Positions 19,082 to 20,000 of a DNA stretch of 20,000 nt are shown one piece after another. The stretch comes from Chiloscyllium plagiosum. Taxonomy: Eukaryota. A program made the position numbers and the translations under genes. The stretch is taken from the NCBI RefSeq assembly GCF_004010195.1, contig NC_057720.1:6082273-6102272 (forward strand). Reading direction: 5' to 3'. Below the pieces are notes generated by a model. It saw only the letters and a program-made list of their open reading frames with translations, had not been told where the DNA came from and did not search any database. Each line of letters starts with the position of its first letter. The first letter of the stretch is position 1.

Positions 19082-19391
19082 GATTAGATTACTTTACAGT
19101 GTGGAAACAGGCCCTTCAACCCAACAAGTCCACACCAACCCGCCGAAGCGCAACCCACCCATATCCCTACATTTACCCCTTACCTAACACTACGGGCAAT
19201 TTAGCATGGCCAATTCACCTGACCTGCACATTTTTGGACTGTGGGAGGAAACCGGAGCACCCGGAGGAAACCCACGCAGACACGGGGAGAATGTGCAAAC
19301 TCCAGACAGTCAGTCGCCTGAGGCGGGAATTGAACCCAGGTCTCTGGCGCTGTGAGGCAGCAGTGCTAACCACTGTGCCACCGTGTCGCCC
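19082..19391 (-). mobile_element. Young full-length HE1-type V-SINE
   Basis: GGGCGACACGGTGGCACAGTGGTTAGCACTGC...GGGTTCAATTCCC, a V-domain, and a CR1-like tail ending TAATCTAATC. CpGs are retained. Confidence 0.95.
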
Positions 19392-19768
19392 AGTGTACTG
19401 GGTGAGTGGTGTACTGCAAGGATCTGTTTTGGAGCCACTGCTGTTTGCCATTTTTATAAATGACCTAGATGAGGTGTAGAAGGATGGGTTACTAAATTTG
19501 TGAATGACACTAAGGTTAGTGGAGTTGTGGATAGTGCTGAAGGATGTTGTAGGTTACAGAAGGACATAGATAAGCTGCAGATCTGGGCTGAGAGGTGGCA
19601 AATAGAGCTGAATGTGGAAAAGTGTGAGGTGATTCACTTTGGAAAGAGTAACAGGGATACAGAGTACTGGGCTAATGATAAGATTCGATGTAGATGAGCA
19701 AAGAGATCTCAGTGTCTACGTACATTGATTCCTAAAAGTTGTCACCCAGATTGATAGGGTTGTTAAGA

Positions 19769-20000
19769 TGAGGAGAAAGTGAGGTCTGCAGATGCTGGAG
19801 ATCAGAGCTGGAAATGTGTTGCTGGAAAAGCGCAGCAGGTCAGGCAGCATCCAGGGAACAGGAGAATCGACGTTTCGGGCATAAGCCCTTCTTCAGGAAT
19901 GAGGAAAGTTTGTCCAGCAGGCTAAGATAAAAGGTAGGGAGGAGGGACTTGGGGTAGGGGCGTCGGAAATGTGATAGGTGGAAAGAGGTCAAGGTGAGGG
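19769..20000 (-). mobile_element. Young Penelope-like element 3' end (runs off the window)
   Basis: Same pseudo-LTR family as 9612-9790 and 1-196. Confidence 0.9.
19864..19900 (-). ncRNA. Minimal type I hammerhead ribozyme motif, intact core
   Basis: The minus strand reads ATTC-CTGAAGA-A-GGGC TTAT GCCC-GAAAC-GTC-GATTC. Confidence 0.8.

Larger units (their letters stand above)
18300..19767 (+). mobile_element. Decayed CR1 ORF2 (APE endonuclease end, linker, large internal deletion, RT) with nested insertions
   Basis: TRGGATLDLVLGNE...GDSEHNSV (APE end), RQRVVVDGK|YSSW, QGSVLEPLLFAIFINDLD and WAERWQIELNVEKCEVIHFG. Confidence 0.92.

Noticed and set aside
19300..19391. tRNA-like sequence with A and B boxes (also near 4220-4294 and 6599-6665)
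   Set aside because: These are SINE heads followed by a V-domain and LINE tail, not tRNA genes.
1..20000. CRISPR array, operon or prokaryote-type system
   Set aside because: No regularly spaced direct repeats or dense coding; the content is vertebrate retroelement DNA throughout.

Overview
Non-coding, transposon-dense vertebrate DNA, inferred to be from a cartilaginous fish (shark) from its HE1-type V-SINEs, CR1/HER1-type LINEs and Deu-domain SINE. No host protein-coding exon, RNA gene or CRISPR array is supported. All recognisable ORFs are decayed retroelement fragments: CR1 endonuclease/RT, Rex1/Babar RT and a Penelope GIY-YIG endonuclease. Two patterns stand out. (1) At least seven Penelope-like element (PLE) pieces carry minimal hammerhead ribozyme (HHR) motifs. 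Two have intact cores, and three occur as tiny (about 100-180 bp) stand-alone insertions with target-site duplications (TSDs), two of which fold back on themselves. (2) Three separate 155-215 bp stretches of local DNA have been copied in inverted orientation 0.3-2.6 kb away: 2895-3051/4323-4479, 12433-12586/12926-13080 and 11104-11304/13934-14148. Two of the copies are spliced cleanly into older repeats, and those two pairs are nested. Repeat family names come from recalled consensus features, not from a database search, and boundaries are approximate.
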